Source: Marine group II euryarchaeote REDSEA-S11_B3N4 | GTDB lineage: Archaea > Thermoplasmatota > Poseidoniia > Poseidoniales > Thalassarchaeaceae | DNA length: 64,000 bases | Direction: 5' to 3' | NCBI GenBank assembly: GCA_001628485.1 | Contig: LURR01000012.1 | Coordinates: 146,563 to 210,562, forward strand | Shown here: piece by piece, positions 54,429 through 64,000 of the stretch | Layout of the letters: every line of letters begins with the position of its first letter | Numbering within the stretch: the stretch's first letter is position 1 | Notes under the pieces: generated by a model | Seen by the model: only the letters and a program-made list of their open reading frames with translations | Database searches by the model: none | What the model was told of the DNA's origin: nothing | Made by a program: the position numbers and the translations under genes

Positions 54429-56417
54429 CTAAGTCTGGCCATGAATCTCTTTGTCCTTGGCCACAATCTGTTCCCAGAGCAGCTCTGCGACGTCCATCAC
54501 TTCCATCTCGGCTCCAACTGAATCCAGCCCATCCTTGACCATGATTGAGCAGAAAGGACAGCCCACGGCTACTGTATCGCAACCAGTCTCTGCGAGCTCT
54601 TTGGCCCTGATCTCGTTTACTCGCTTGTCTGCATCCTCCTCCATCCACATCTGCGCACCACCTGCACCACAGCAGAAGGAGTCCTTTCCACTCTTCTCAG
54701 TCTCTACATCTACTCCTCCAATCACACTCCTGGGCTCATCGATTATCCCCCCTATTCTTCCTAGGTAGCATGGGTCGTGGAAAGTAATGCTGCGACCATT
54801 CTTCTCAACCTCGGGGAGCTTACCCTCCTCCTGTAATTTTGCTAGAATCTCCGAATGGTGGAATACCTCCAATTCTTCTCCGCCATAGTCCCCGTACTCT
54901 TTTCCAAGTGTATGGAAGCAATGCGGGCAAGAGGCAATGATGCGCTTAACGCCTAACTCTTGGAAGGTCATCAAATTCGTCTCTGCTAGCATCTGGAACA
55001 GATATTCGTTCCCAGCTCTCCTTGCTGGATCTCCGGAGCAGCCCTCTTGCATACCTAGTATCCCAACATCTAGTCCAGCTTCCTTCAGAAGTGAGATTGT
55101 GGATCTAGCTACCTTCTGGTTCCGTTCATCAAAGCTGGCAGCACAACCCACGAAGTAGATGTACTCAGCAGGCTCTCCTATCTTGACATCCAGATCAGAG
55201 GCCCAATCTGCCCTCTCATGCTCTCCAAAACCATAAGGATTAGATGCAGATTCTATGTTCCCCATAGCAGTGTTTAGAATCTCTGGATATTCCATAGTCT
55301 CCATCATTGCGTTTCTCCTCAAGTCCGTTAGTTTCGGAACATGTTCTATGTAAAGCGGACAAACATCAACACAAGCATTGCACGTGGTGCACGCCCAAAC
55401 CGCCTCATCGGTAATCCGTTGCATCATCGTCTCATCGGGAGTCTCTCCTGAGAGGAGAATTGGAGCATGCTCGTTAGCGTAATCTCTGACATCATGAATT
55501 ACTTGCATTGGGTTCAGGCCCTTGCCTGAAGCGTAGGCTGGACACACGTCCTGACACCTAGCACAGGAGGTACAAGACCACCCGTCAATTAGTTGCCTCC
55601 AAGTGTATTGGGTGTATGTGCTCACCCCGAAAGAGTCTATGTCCAATTCCTCCAGTGGCACGGCTAGACCGTCCTCATCGGTAGCAAGGGGTCGCATCTT
55701 TGCAGAAGGCCCGGTATCATGGAAGAATACGTTAGGGACGGCCATCACCAGATGCATGTGCTTTGAAAGAGGGATCAGGAAAAGGAATACAGATATTGCC
55801 AACATGTGCAACCAATACGCGGCTACTACGGTACCATCTGCCAGACCATAGAGGCTGAATTGGTAGCCTATGGGCTCCCAGAATGCACTGGGATCTTCCT
55901 TCGACTCTATCATAAATGACGTTGAGGTGATTGTGAAAATTAGCAGTAGGATTACGTTTCCTTCCAACTGCGACTTACCTTTGAGCTTCTCAGGAGTGAA
56001 TACCAGACGACGAATCAATGCCGAAACACATCCAATAAGTGCCATCGTATAGCCAAGTTCTACCATCCCGTTCCAAGGTCCAACAAGGACATCAGGAAGC
56101 ATCTTTCCAGAGAATGCATTAGCTGTAGCCAGATCAAACATATCCGATGCTAGCATCAGGAAGCCCCAGAACATCAGAACGTGCATGGTCCCTGCAACAC
56201 GATCCCTCAGCACTTTCTTCTGTCCCAACCAACCTACGACAAATTCCCTGACCCTGGGTCCCCATGAGTCAAATCTCGAGTCCGGTGAACCAATCATCAC
56301 TAGACGCGTTGCCTTCTGTACCTGATAGACGAAGAATCCGATTGACAGACCGCCCATTAGGAGCAGAATCATCCAACCATCAAATGGCCCGTAAGTCTGC
56401 AAGAGGGGGTGCTTCAT
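54429..56417 (-). CDS. Membrane Fe-S oxidoreductase (FadF/HdrD-like; TM + 2x[4Fe-4S] + CCG domains)
   Basis: TM domain with His residues, CTSCARCQDVCP, CTTCNACVDVCP, SCPHC, HDPCYLGR, CCGAGG and GCPFC motifs. Confidence 0.92.
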   Translation of the reverse strand: MKHPLLQTYGPFDGWMILLLMGGLSIGFFVYQVQKATRLVMIGSPDSRFDSWGPRVREFVVGWLGQKKVLRDRVAGTMHVLMFWGFLMLASDMFDLATANAFSGKMLPDVLVGPWNGMVELGYTMALIGCVSALIRRLVFTPEKLKGKSQLEGNVILLLIFTITSTSFMIESKEDPSAFWEPIGYQFSLYGLADGTVVAAYWLHMLAISVFLFLIPLSKHMHLVMAVPNVFFHDTGPSAKMRPLATDEDGLAVPLEELDIDSFGVSTYTQYTWRQLIDGWSCTSCARCQDVCPAYASGKGLNPMQVIHDVRDYANEHAPILLSGETPDETMMQRITDEAVWACTTCNACVDVCPLYIEHVPKLTDLRRNAMMETMEYPEILNTAMGNIESASNPYGFGEHERADWASDLDVKIGEPAEYIYFVGCAASFDERNQKVARSTISLLKEAGLDVGILGMQEGCSGDPARRAGNEYLFQMLAETNLMTFQELGVKRIIASCPHCFHTLGKEYGDYGGEELEVFHHSEILAKLQEEGKLPEVEKNGRSITFHDPCYLGRIGGIIDEPRSVIGGVDVETEKSGKDSFCCGAGGAQMWMEEDADKRVNEIRAKELAETGCDTVAVGCPFCSIMVKDGLDSVGAEMEVMDVAELLWEQIVAKDKEIHGQT

Positions 56418-56502
56418 CCGTGCTCACCTGGGTTTTCCTGAATCTGTCGCCTACAAACAAGACCTTGAAACAACCGCTAAAGAGGCCAACAATCATGTCC
56501 TA

Positions 56503-57492
56503 ATGTGTAGGCCCCAAGATATGCCCAGCGCATTCGCACCAGGCAAGTGCATCCTTTTCGGAGAGCATGCGGTAGTTTTCGGTCATCCTGCCGTAGCCGT
56601 GGCCATTGAGCAGGGAGTAAGAGTTAGTGTGCAAGGCTCCAATGAATGGCTTCTCGAGGGTCAGCCATTTGAGCCCTCCAAGCACCCGCATATTTCCCAC
56701 ATAATCCAGAATATCTTCCAGTACAACGGCCAACCTCTGGATATCGATGTACAATCCTCACTTTTCTCAGCAGCTGGGATGGGCTCTTCCGCGGCTCTAT
56801 CAAATGCCTTCGGGGCTGCTATGCACTCACATCTGAACCCCAGCACCCCCCTCGATCCGATTAGATTGGCGAAAATGGCTCACTCTGCGGAAGCAACAGC
56901 CCAGAAGGGCAGGGCCAGTCCGACAGATACAGCGACCAGCGCTCTTGGGGGGTGTGTCGTGGTTTCAGGACAACATGTTACAGGCACTAGGCACGTTTTC
57001 GATACCAGCTTGGAGACTCCTGAAGGATCGCGGAAGTGGGCGATTAATGTCGTCGACCTACCTGCAGATATTGATGATGCATGGCTAGTAGTGGGATACT
57101 CTGGTACCGGCTCTCCAACTGGTAGGATGGTGGCCAAAGTAGCTAGTCTAATCTCTGAGTCCCCACAGAGGATGGAGGAAATGGAGACGATTGCAAATAT
57201 TACGAGGGCGGGATTGACAGCACTCTCTGCTGGAAATCTGGAGGGCCTGGGAATAGCAATGGATGCTTGTCACGAAAGCCTCAGGAAGTTGGAAGTCAGT
57301 ACCAATAAGTTGGATCGCATGGTCAGTTCAGCAAGGCCCCATTCTCTAGGTGCAAAACTTACTGGTGCCGGTGGAGGGGGGTGCATGGTGGCACTCACCC
57401 AGGATCCGGATAGAGTTTCTGAGGCTATCGAGATTGCCGGGGGCAGGCCCCTAAAGACAAAATTAGGCTCACAAGGAGTAAGTATTCTGTAG
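56503..57492 (+). CDS. mvk: Mevalonate kinase
   Basis: APGKCILFGEHAVV, GMGSSAA, SPTD and GAKLTGAGGGG motifs. Start may be ATG 56521. Confidence 0.9.
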   Translation: MCRPQDMPSAFAPGKCILFGEHAVVFGHPAVAVAIEQGVRVSVQGSNEWLLEGQPFEPSKHPHISHIIQNIFQYNGQPLDIDVQSSLFSAAGMGSSAALSNAFGAAMHSHLNPSTPLDPIRLAKMAHSAEATAQKGRASPTDTATSALGGCVVVSGQHVTGTRHVFDTSLETPEGSRKWAINVVDLPADIDDAWLVVGYSGTGSPTGRMVAKVASLISESPQRMEEMETIANITRAGLTALSAGNLEGLGIAMDACHESLRKLEVSTNKLDRMVSSARPHSLGAKLTGAGGGGCMVALTQDPDRVSEAIEIAGGRPLKTKLGSQGVSIL

Positions 57493-57543
57493 TTGCAATT
57501 GAAAGGACACCGTCTCTAATTGTTCATGTTATTTATATTATCA

Positions 57544-57550
57544 TTTATAA
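57544..57550 (+). promoter_or_regulatory. TATA box (TTTATAA) of tbp, spaced for a leaderless transcript
   Basis: TTTATAA centred about 26 nt upstream of ATG 57573; no SD in between. Confidence 0.6.
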
Positions 57551-57572
57551 GAGGGAAGTCGACCGTCAACCT

Positions 57573-58289
57573 ATGCTCAGCGATGAAGAAAGACTTACTG
57601 TAGTGAATGTGGTGGCATCTACCAGGGTAGCGGAGGAACTGGACCTCCCAGACATAGCAATCCAGTTGAACTGCGAATACGAGCCAGAGCAGTTCCCAGG
57701 GGTCGTTTACAGGGTAGTCGATCCAAAGTTAGCAATTCTGATGTTCAGATCCGGAAGGGCGGTTTGTACTGGTGGTAAGAACGAGGACAACATCCAGACG
57801 GGTATAGAGAGGATGATTGGCGATCTAAGAAATGCCGGAATAGAGACTTGGGAACTAAAGGATGTTGAAATCGAGGTCCAGAATATGGTAGCAACGTACT
57901 CACTATTCTATCCCGAGGACTACGGAGAAGTCGCAAAGATGGACGACATCAACACGAAGGTTATCGATGAAGATGGCGGTGGAATCAGAGCAGCAACCGA
58001 CGAGGAAGTTGAAAACGAGGACCCCAGGATTAGGGGAATACTAGAGGGAGAGCCTTTGGCAGCCCTCCCAAGGAAACTCAATCTAAACAACCTGACCTTC
58101 CACCTTCCATTCGACAAGGTGGAATACGAGCCCGAGCAGTTCCCAGGCTTGATTTACAGGCTAGACTACCCTCGCGTGGTGTGTCTTATTTTCGGTAGTG
58201 GGAAGATGGTGATTACTGGAGCCAGACACAAGGATGAGATTCTTGAGGCAGTAGAGCAGATAAAAGACGAGCTAGCGGACCTCCTGTAG
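57573..58289 (+). CDS. tbp: TATA-box-binding protein with an internal acidic insertion
   Basis: Two TBP repeats (NVVAS...EYEPEQFPG...FRSGRAVCTG and NMVAT...EYEPEQFPG...FGSGKMVITG). Confidence 0.95.
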   Translation: MLSDEERLTVVNVVASTRVAEELDLPDIAIQLNCEYEPEQFPGVVYRVVDPKLAILMFRSGRAVCTGGKNEDNIQTGIERMIGDLRNAGIETWELKDVEIEVQNMVATYSLFYPEDYGEVAKMDDINTKVIDEDGGGIRAATDEEVENEDPRIRGILEGEPLAALPRKLNLNNLTFHLPFDKVEYEPEQFPGLIYRLDYPRVVCLIFGSGKMVITGARHKDEILEAVEQIKDELADLL

Positions 58290-58319
58290 GGTTCAACCAA
58301 CGTTATTGGGCAGACCTGC

Positions 58320-61300
58320 TTGCGTGATGCCATGCGCGCCGCATGCTTATCGGCAATGGCTGTAGCCATTCTTGCCTTCGCACAGTTTTCCTATTCGTTT
58401 TCACCCGATGATTTTCACATCAGAGACTCCAGTTCCCATGAGTCACATGTGCAGGCAATGACGACTACCGGGACTGCAGATGTTCCTATCTGGAGAGTGA
58501 ATGACAACTGGATGTACGATGGTTTCCTAGATGTGGGGGATTTCGTTGCAGACTCAGGGGTGTCCACAAATGTCGAGACCCTAGATGGGTCACTAGATCG
58601 AACGGTCGAAGACATCTACCTAATGGAAATAGACGGCAAGGAAACTCTGGTTTACAAGGTGGAATCGGTCGGAGAATACGAGTCGGACGGGGTAATACAA
58701 ATCGATGGGACAAGCGGCTGCCTCTATGTGGATATGCAGACAATAGAGATCATCAGAGTCTCTGATCTAGCAACCTATTCCCAGGAAGTAACAATTGACG
58801 TGTACTTCGATCCGCTATTCTTCGGATGCGCCGCTTGGCTGAGGCAGGATATCGGTGAGCTCGTCGTCGAGAACACATATGAGCCCCCATTGGAGAACTA
58901 TGACTTCCCGATCTCAGTAGGGGAGTCTTGGGGGATGGATTACGAACAAGCCACTAATTACAGCGGTTCTAGCAATTACGTCGACATACCGGAAGATTCG
59001 AGCGACTCGAACTCCACGAGTTGGTCTGTAGTCAGCCAGGGCAACTCCGGTGTTGCTTACCCCGGATGCTACCAGTCGTTCAACGTGACAGCATACGACT
59101 CAGACGGCGAGGAGACCGGATACAACTGGTTCTGTCCAGCCGTAAGAGGAGAGGTGAAGAGCACAATGGAACAGGCTTTCGGGTTCCTAGCAGTACACGA
59201 GCTAGTGAGCTATCAACCAGTCCAGAGGGGCAAGTTGGTTTCTATCGATGTCCAGTACCCCCTCTCTCCCACTGATATCGAGATATCCGCTTGGATTAAC
59301 GTAACTAATCAGGGACAGGGTGTATCTGGTCAAGAGATACAATTCAGGTATGAATCAGATGAACAGTTTCGGAATGTGACAACCGACGAAAACGGAACCT
59401 GCCACATAGTGTTCAATTCGGGGGATAATCCTGATGATACCGATGGACTCGGGGAGTTAGGAAGTCATGGACTAATCGCTTGGATTGGCGATGAGAGCAT
59501 TATCGGAGGCAGGACTCTTTCGATAGACTCCGAGATTCACGAGATTGACTTGGTTACTAGGTCATCGGCGGTTACCGTCCAGAGGTTCCGACCATCCACT
59601 GGGAACCAGTTGACTCTCGACTCATCTATCGGTTTCGCGGCAATCTCAGGAGATGTCCTGACCTTCTCCGTACCCGTATTAAATCGTGGACTAATTCAGT
59701 CCCCATACTCTACGATAGTGGTGAGCGCTCCTGATGGTACGGGAGTATCTGGAACAGTTCCTCCATTGGGGAGCCTGGAGGAATCTAGGGTTTTTGTGAA
59801 CTGGACAGTCCCCGAGTCCCAATCATTCGGAAACGTTTACCTTTACTTCGAGGTTGACCCTCAGGAGGAGATACCCGAGGATGGGAACAGGACCAACAAC
59901 CAAGGCTCCTTCGTATTGTATATCGGAGGGCTGCCTCTTGCCTTCCTCTCTCACCCCAACGAAATCCTAACCTATGAGGGGGCGACACTCGACGCCACCT
60001 CCTCATACGATTCCGATGGCGGAGAAATAGAATGCGAGTTCAATATCCAGAAAGTCGACGGCTCAACGTTCCAGACCATAGATGACGACTGTATCTTGGA
60101 ATGGTCTTGGCCAGACGACGGCTCATTCTCGGTTGAGGTATTAATTACCGATGGTGAGAGCGACAAGACCACTGCCCAGTCCACGATATCGATACTCAAT
60201 CGGCCTCCGGAGATTTCCATCGGAACCGACAACGATGACGTCGTTGTGACCAATCCGATCACCTTCTTCGTGACTAACAGCAGCGATATCGACACACTGA
60301 ACCCATCCGCACCAATAGAGATTCTTTGGGATGCAGGATGCTCGGAGGGCCAAGTAGGGCAATCGTGTACATTGACTCCGATAGTCGAGGGGAACCTGAC
60401 CGTTACAGTCATGGCGACCGATGATGACGGAGCCATCACGACGGCTCAGCACTCCGTTCATGTGACCAACATAGCCCCATCCAATCCGGTAGCTGAACTT
60501 TACATAGGTGAGACTAGGATTTTTCCCGATAGCAGAGGCGTGTTCATCGTACATGAGGGGGATGAAATCACGTTATGGGGCCAGGCCGACGACTCCTCAA
60601 ACGATCTCGAATCTCTAAATCACATCTGGAAGCCAGATGCAGAGGACCTCCCTGAACTGATTTTCTCTAGCTTCGGTGAGAGGAGTACTATTTCCGGGGT
60701 TTCCTACAATACCTCTGGGATGCACCTTGCAACCCTTCAGGTATTCGACGATGATGGCGAGTCAACTGAAGTCCTGATAGTGCCGATCCAAGTAGAAAAC
60801 GTAGCTCCTGTAATTTCCCCAATCACTACGACCTTGGGCCAGCTCGACGAGGATGAGGAATTCACCATTTCCCCCCAGGTAATCGAAACGGGAACCGACT
60901 CAGAGCGGCTGGTTCACTGCTTTGACCTGAACCCTGTCGACGACTCGGACTCCGATGGGCAGTCTGGAAACGATTGCGACGTCGAATCGCCTTCTCTTGT
61001 CCACTCATGGCCGGACTCAACTACTGCCCCAGAATCCCTCATCTTCCACGTTACGGATGATGATGGCGAATCGGCATCAATCGAGTTCTCGTTCTCCGTT
61101 GTGAACGCCCCTCCGGCTGCCTTCGCCTCTGCAAGTGTCTCAAATCCCACTGAGGGCGATTCAATCGTGCTTTCAGCCAATGGGACCGTGGACTCTCAAG
61201 CAGATATGGACTCGTTGCAGTTCCACTGGGACATCGACATCACCTCAGACTCGGACGGTGACGGAGATCCGGCTAACGATGTCGACTATACCGGCAGGTG

Positions 61301-61784
61301 GATCGAGTTCTCCTATGACTCGGGAGGTTCCAAGAAAGCGAAATTAACTGTCCTCGATGACAGTTCTAGCCATTCCGTGACTATGGATCTAGAAGTGGCA
61401 GATGCGCCCGTATCGTTCTCAGAAGAACTAACTTCCAACATCGTCCCGATAATCTTCACCTTGATCGTAGTCTCCGCAGGTGCTTGGGCATTATTTAGGA
61501 ACCCAAGTAAGAGTCGCTCGGAAGAGGAAAAGAAAGCATCAGATATCGATTTTGACGCAGCATTCGATGAACCAGAGACTCCTGTCATAGACCCCAATGA
61601 GATGTTCGCACCACCAGGGGAATCGCCACGGGAAGATGCGGCAATCCTGGATGGCTTGGACGAAGTTCTGGACGAGTTAGGATTGGGCAAGGAAGATTCT
61701 CCAGTAATCCCATCGGCACCTAGAATCGACGACGCAAACAGCAATCTTGACCCTGAGGATATCGAAGCCCTCTTTGAGGAGTAG
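58320..61784 (+). CDS. Large cell-surface protein with CARDB and PKD domains and a C-terminal TM anchor
   Basis: Signal peptide; VDP...E...NN (CARDB); repeated TDDDG / N-x-x-P PKD motifs; DSDGDGDPAND Ca-binding-like loops; TM followed by an acidic tail. Confidence 0.85.
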   Translation: MRDAMRAACLSAMAVAILAFAQFSYSFSPDDFHIRDSSSHESHVQAMTTTGTADVPIWRVNDNWMYDGFLDVGDFVADSGVSTNVETLDGSLDRTVEDIYLMEIDGKETLVYKVESVGEYESDGVIQIDGTSGCLYVDMQTIEIIRVSDLATYSQEVTIDVYFDPLFFGCAAWLRQDIGELVVENTYEPPLENYDFPISVGESWGMDYEQATNYSGSSNYVDIPEDSSDSNSTSWSVVSQGNSGVAYPGCYQSFNVTAYDSDGEETGYNWFCPAVRGEVKSTMEQAFGFLAVHELVSYQPVQRGKLVSIDVQYPLSPTDIEISAWINVTNQGQGVSGQEIQFRYESDEQFRNVTTDENGTCHIVFNSGDNPDDTDGLGELGSHGLIAWIGDESIIGGRTLSIDSEIHEIDLVTRSSAVTVQRFRPSTGNQLTLDSSIGFAAISGDVLTFSVPVLNRGLIQSPYSTIVVSAPDGTGVSGTVPPLGSLEESRVFVNWTVPESQSFGNVYLYFEVDPQEEIPEDGNRTNNQGSFVLYIGGLPLAFLSHPNEILTYEGATLDATSSYDSDGGEIECEFNIQKVDGSTFQTIDDDCILEWSWPDDGSFSVEVLITDGESDKTTAQSTISILNRPPEISIGTDNDDVVVTNPITFFVTNSSDIDTLNPSAPIEILWDAGCSEGQVGQSCTLTPIVEGNLTVTVMATDDDGAITTAQHSVHVTNIAPSNPVAELYIGETRIFPDSRGVFIVHEGDEITLWGQADDSSNDLESLNHIWKPDAEDLPELIFSSFGERSTISGVSYNTSGMHLATLQVFDDDGESTEVLIVPIQVENVAPVISPITTTLGQLDEDEEFTISPQVIETGTDSERLVHCFDLNPVDDSDSDGQSGNDCDVESPSLVHSWPDSTTAPESLIFHVTDDDGESASIEFSFSVVNAPPAAFASASVSNPTEGDSIVLSANGTVDSQADMDSLQFHWDIDITSDSDGDGDPANDVDYTGRWIEFSYDSGGSKKAKLTVLDDSSSHSVTMDLEVADAPVSFSEELTSNIVPIIFTLIVVSAGAWALFRNPSKSRSEEEKKASDIDFDAAFDEPETPVIDPNEMFAPPGESPREDAAILDGLDEVLDELGLGKEDSPVIPSAPRIDDANSNLDPEDIEALFEE

Positions 61785-61798
61785 TCGCCGGCCGAGCC

Positions 61799-62269
61799 GT
61801 GGTCAATCTGTTCCGGCTCCTGGGTCTGCCCAATCCGAACACAACTCCGACGGCCACAAAAGGAGGGAGTCTGAGGGCGACTGAACCCGGGCCTAAGGCA
61901 GGAAACCGATTCCACGATCTCGGAGAGTCTAGGTGGTCCGAGAGGACAGAGAGGATAACCGAGAGGCCCTCCAGGAGAGTCATCTACATGGAGCCAGATG
62001 GCCTACACAGACTCCAATTGGAGGGGATAGAGGGGAATCTCTCCATGGGGGATATGGTAATCGTGGACCTCAGTTCACTGAATCATATGCCCAGCCAGCA
62101 ATCGGTATGCTCCAGGAGGGCCCAGGATCTCGGAGATCGAACGAACCTCCATGTATTTGCGTTGAACGAGGACGACACCCTACTGATGATCCCAGGTGCG
62201 AAGATGAGAGTTGACACGCACAAGCACATGCTCGGCTCGCCCTCACTGGACCGAGCGATAGAGAACTAG
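61799..62269 (+). CDS. sepF: Cell division protein SepF-like
   Basis: N-terminal amphipathic MVNLFRLLGL, linker, and core GDMVIVDL...LLMIP. Confidence 0.65.
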   Translation: MVNLFRLLGLPNPNTTPTATKGGSLRATEPGPKAGNRFHDLGESRWSERTERITERPSRRVIYMEPDGLHRLQLEGIEGNLSMGDMVIVDLSSLNHMPSQQSVCSRRAQDLGDRTNLHVFALNEDDTLLMIPGAKMRVDTHKHMLGSPSLDRAIEN

Positions 62270-62279
62270 ATTTCCTCCG

Positions 62280-62483
62280 CTATTCCTCTTCCAGCCATTG
62301 GTCGAGCTCGCCATTTGAGACTTCCATCACTGCATGCTCGGTGAAATCACGGTAATTCTCCCATTTCTCTATCTCTTCCTCTGAGTCTCCCCGATCCCTC
62401 TTTCTGTTAATGGAATCATCGGCGTATATCACGCATTTGCGTAGGAAGGAAGCCACCAGCGAACGTCGTTCTTCGAGGTCCAT
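62280..62483 (-). CDS. Small hypothetical protein
   Basis: Clean 67-aa charged helical ORF directly after bcp. Confidence 0.7.
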   Translation of the reverse strand: MDLEERRSLVASFLRKCVIYADDSINRKRDRGDSEEEIEKWENYRDFTEHAVMEVSNGELDQWLEEE

Positions 62484-62484
62484 T

Positions 62485-62964
62485 CTATCCTACCTTTAAC
62501 TCCTCAATCAAAGAATCAACATGTCCCTTGGTTTTCACTCCGTAACCAACCCAGGCTATTTTCCCGTCAACGCCTATTGCGAAGGTTGAACGCAATGTTC
62601 CCATGTATGTCTTGCCATACATGCTCTTCTCCCTCCAAGTGCCATAGGATTCGTGTAGGGCTGCATCCTCATCTACGATCAAATCGAATGGGAGCTCGTG
62701 CTTGTCGATGAACTTCTGATGAGACTTGGCACTATCCGTGGATACTCCAATGACCTTCCAAGAGCTATCTTCGAATCTCCCGAAGTTATCCCTGAAGTCA
62801 CATGCCTGGATGGTACATCCTGGTGTGTTGTCTCTAGGATAGAAGTACAGAATTACCCCTCTCCCGGTGGAAAGTATCTCCGAAAGAGAGACCTTTCCTC
62901 CATCCGTAACTTCGGCCTCGAAGCTCGGGGCCTCATCTCCAATAGCTAGTTCTACAGTTGCCAT
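62485..62964 (-). CDS. bcp: Peroxiredoxin, BCP/PrxQ family
   Basis: YFYPRDNTPGCTIQACDFRD, GVSTD and RSTF motifs. Confidence 0.96.
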   Translation of the reverse strand: MATVELAIGDEAPSFEAEVTDGGKVSLSEILSTGRGVILYFYPRDNTPGCTIQACDFRDNFGRFEDSSWKVIGVSTDSAKSHQKFIDKHELPFDLIVDEDAALHESYGTWREKSMYGKTYMGTLRSTFAIGVDGKIAWVGYGVKTKGHVDSLIEELKVG

Positions 62965-63001
62965 GCAATGGCGTGTCGAACTCGACTCATGAAGGCTACC
63001 A

Positions 63002-63574
63002 TCACTCGATATAACTCTTCAAAGATACCGAAGCAGGCATGGATGGTGGTTCGCTGAATCCGAAGCAAGCGTTAGTGGTGAAACTCTCGGATCCTCCAAG
63101 CTCATGACCATCGAAGCTCGCTTCAGCATTCAGAACTCTTGAGATCGATCTAATCGAGTACCACTCTCTTCTGTTGTTCTTGGTTCTGCCATGTGTCTTT
63201 GTGCCAAAAAGCACCCTTGCAAAAAATGCCTCTATAGTTGCGATGAACCACAATGGCCTCCAGATGGGGATGGGAAGGGATATCCCCCAAGAGATAACCA
63301 CTGAAAGGCCCCCTCCTTCGATAGAAATCCCTCTCCGAGTCCTTTCGACGGTAATATCGGTAATCTCCACACTCTCGAAGTTGTATAGTTCCGAGACGTA
63401 TTTCGCGTGGTCCTCGGAAGGGGACAGAAGGACTCTGGTCCCGTCCGGCTTGGCCCACATTATGTTAGTGAAACTACCAATTGGCGAATCATGCCAGTCT
63501 CCAATCACAATCCTGTCCCCACTCGAGAATCCGGTAGAGGTAATCCTGCCTGCGAAAATCTCCAAATCAACCAC
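63002..63574 (-). CDS. Conserved hypothetical protein
   Basis: Clean ORF coupled to nth (FAGRI...SGDRIVIG-x-W-x-x-SP); no function recognised. Confidence 0.7.
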   Translation of the reverse strand: MVDLEIFAGRITSTGFSSGDRIVIGDWHDSPIGSFTNIMWAKPDGTRVLLSPSEDHAKYVSELYNFESVEITDITVERTRRGISIEGGGLSVVISWGISLPIPIWRPLWFIATIEAFFARVLFGTKTHGRTKNNRREWYSIRSISRVLNAEASFDGHELGGSESFTTNACFGFSEPPSMPASVSLKSYIE

Positions 63575-64000
63575 CCATCTCTTCCCTGATTCTCTTCTTA
63601 GTGGCCGCCCATGAGCAGATCGGGCACGATGTAAGATCGTGCCTCAATGACGGACAGTACTCTCTTCCGAAATATATGATTTGCAGATGCCTTCTATTCC
63701 ATGTTTCTTCGGCGAAGACAGCCTTCAGGTCTCTCTCCGTCTTTACTACGTTCCTGCCGTCAGAAAGGCCCCATCTGGCTGCCAGTCTGTGTATGTGGGT
63801 GTCTACTGGGAAGGCCGGTACTCCGAATGCTTGACTCATTACCACGCTTGCTGTCTTGTGACCCACTCCTGCTAATGACTCTAGGAACTCCCAATCAGGC
63901 CTCACCTCTCCTCCGTCTTCGAGAATCTGCTCTGCCATTCTGCGAAGGTTCTTGGCTTTGGTCGGGGCAAGCCCAATTTCTCTGATTATCTGACGAATCT
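63567..64000 (-). CDS. nth: Endonuclease III (5' part outside the window)
   Basis: IGLAPTKAKNL, HhH GVGHKTA, VDTHIHRL and HLQIIYFGREYC motifs; frame is open to the window edge. Confidence 0.93.
   Translation of the reverse strand, partial: IRQIIREIGLAPTKAKNLRRMAEQILEDGGEVRPDWEFLESLAGVGHKTASVVMSQAFGVPAFPVDTHIHRLAARWGLSDGRNVVKTERDLKAVFAEETWNRRHLQIIYFGREYCPSLRHDLTSCPICSWAATKKRIREEMGG

Noticed and set aside
54429-56417. Methanogen-type heterodisulfide reductase
   Set aside because: The TM + Fe-S + CCG architecture fits the widespread FadF/ETF-linked oxidoreductases; there is no methanogenesis context.
57906-58067. Possible intein or intron in tbp
   Set aside because: No N-terminal Cys/Ser with C-terminal His-Asn, too short, and in frame with no obvious bulge-helix-bulge.
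61313-61915. 200-aa minus-strand ORF
   Set aside because: Antisense to the surface protein and sepF; Ser-rich shadow frame.
1-64000. tRNA, rRNA, transposase, integrase or provirus genes
   Set aside because: None recognised; intergenic gaps are short and lack cloverleaf or T-loop signatures. This was checked by eye, so a tRNAscan-SE/Infernal run would be decisive.

Overview
This 64 kb window is gene-dense archaeal chromosome. The combination of TBP, archaeal aroA'/aroB'/aroK, RibL, SepF, an HTH-10 regulator, many acidic secreted or lipo-anchored proteins and bacterial-like metabolic genes best fits Marine Group II Euryarchaeota (Poseidoniales); this is an inference, not a database result. It carries about 60 CDS and no recognisable rRNA, tRNA, CRISPR array or transposase. 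Main blocks, in order: a COG2426-like membrane protein with a LolD/FtsX-type ABC transporter; xth and a partial archaeal shikimate operon; a DUF4350-MoxR-DUF58 cluster; a molybdenum-hydroxylase island (HcrC/A/B-like subunits, HTH-10 regulator, XdhC, MocA, MoeZ); a fused 2-oxoacid dehydrogenase E1 with an N-terminal Zn-ribbon; a riboflavin/FAD operon; then Na+-type membrane PPase, nadE, ileS, cysS, a FadF-like oxidoreductase, mvk, tbp, a large PKD surface protein, sepF, bcp and nth. The strongest candidate for a new system is a single 1308-aa ORF fusing a secreted subtilase to an AmpG-like MFS transporter (a possible 'cut-and-import' machine). Other notable items are a 4-hydroxybenzoyl-CoA-reductase-like Mo/Fe-S/FAD enzyme, a TBP with a ~54-aa acidic insertion, an IleRS with a GIHH signature, and a 21%-GC repeat-structured intergenic element. 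All family calls come from motif recognition by eye.
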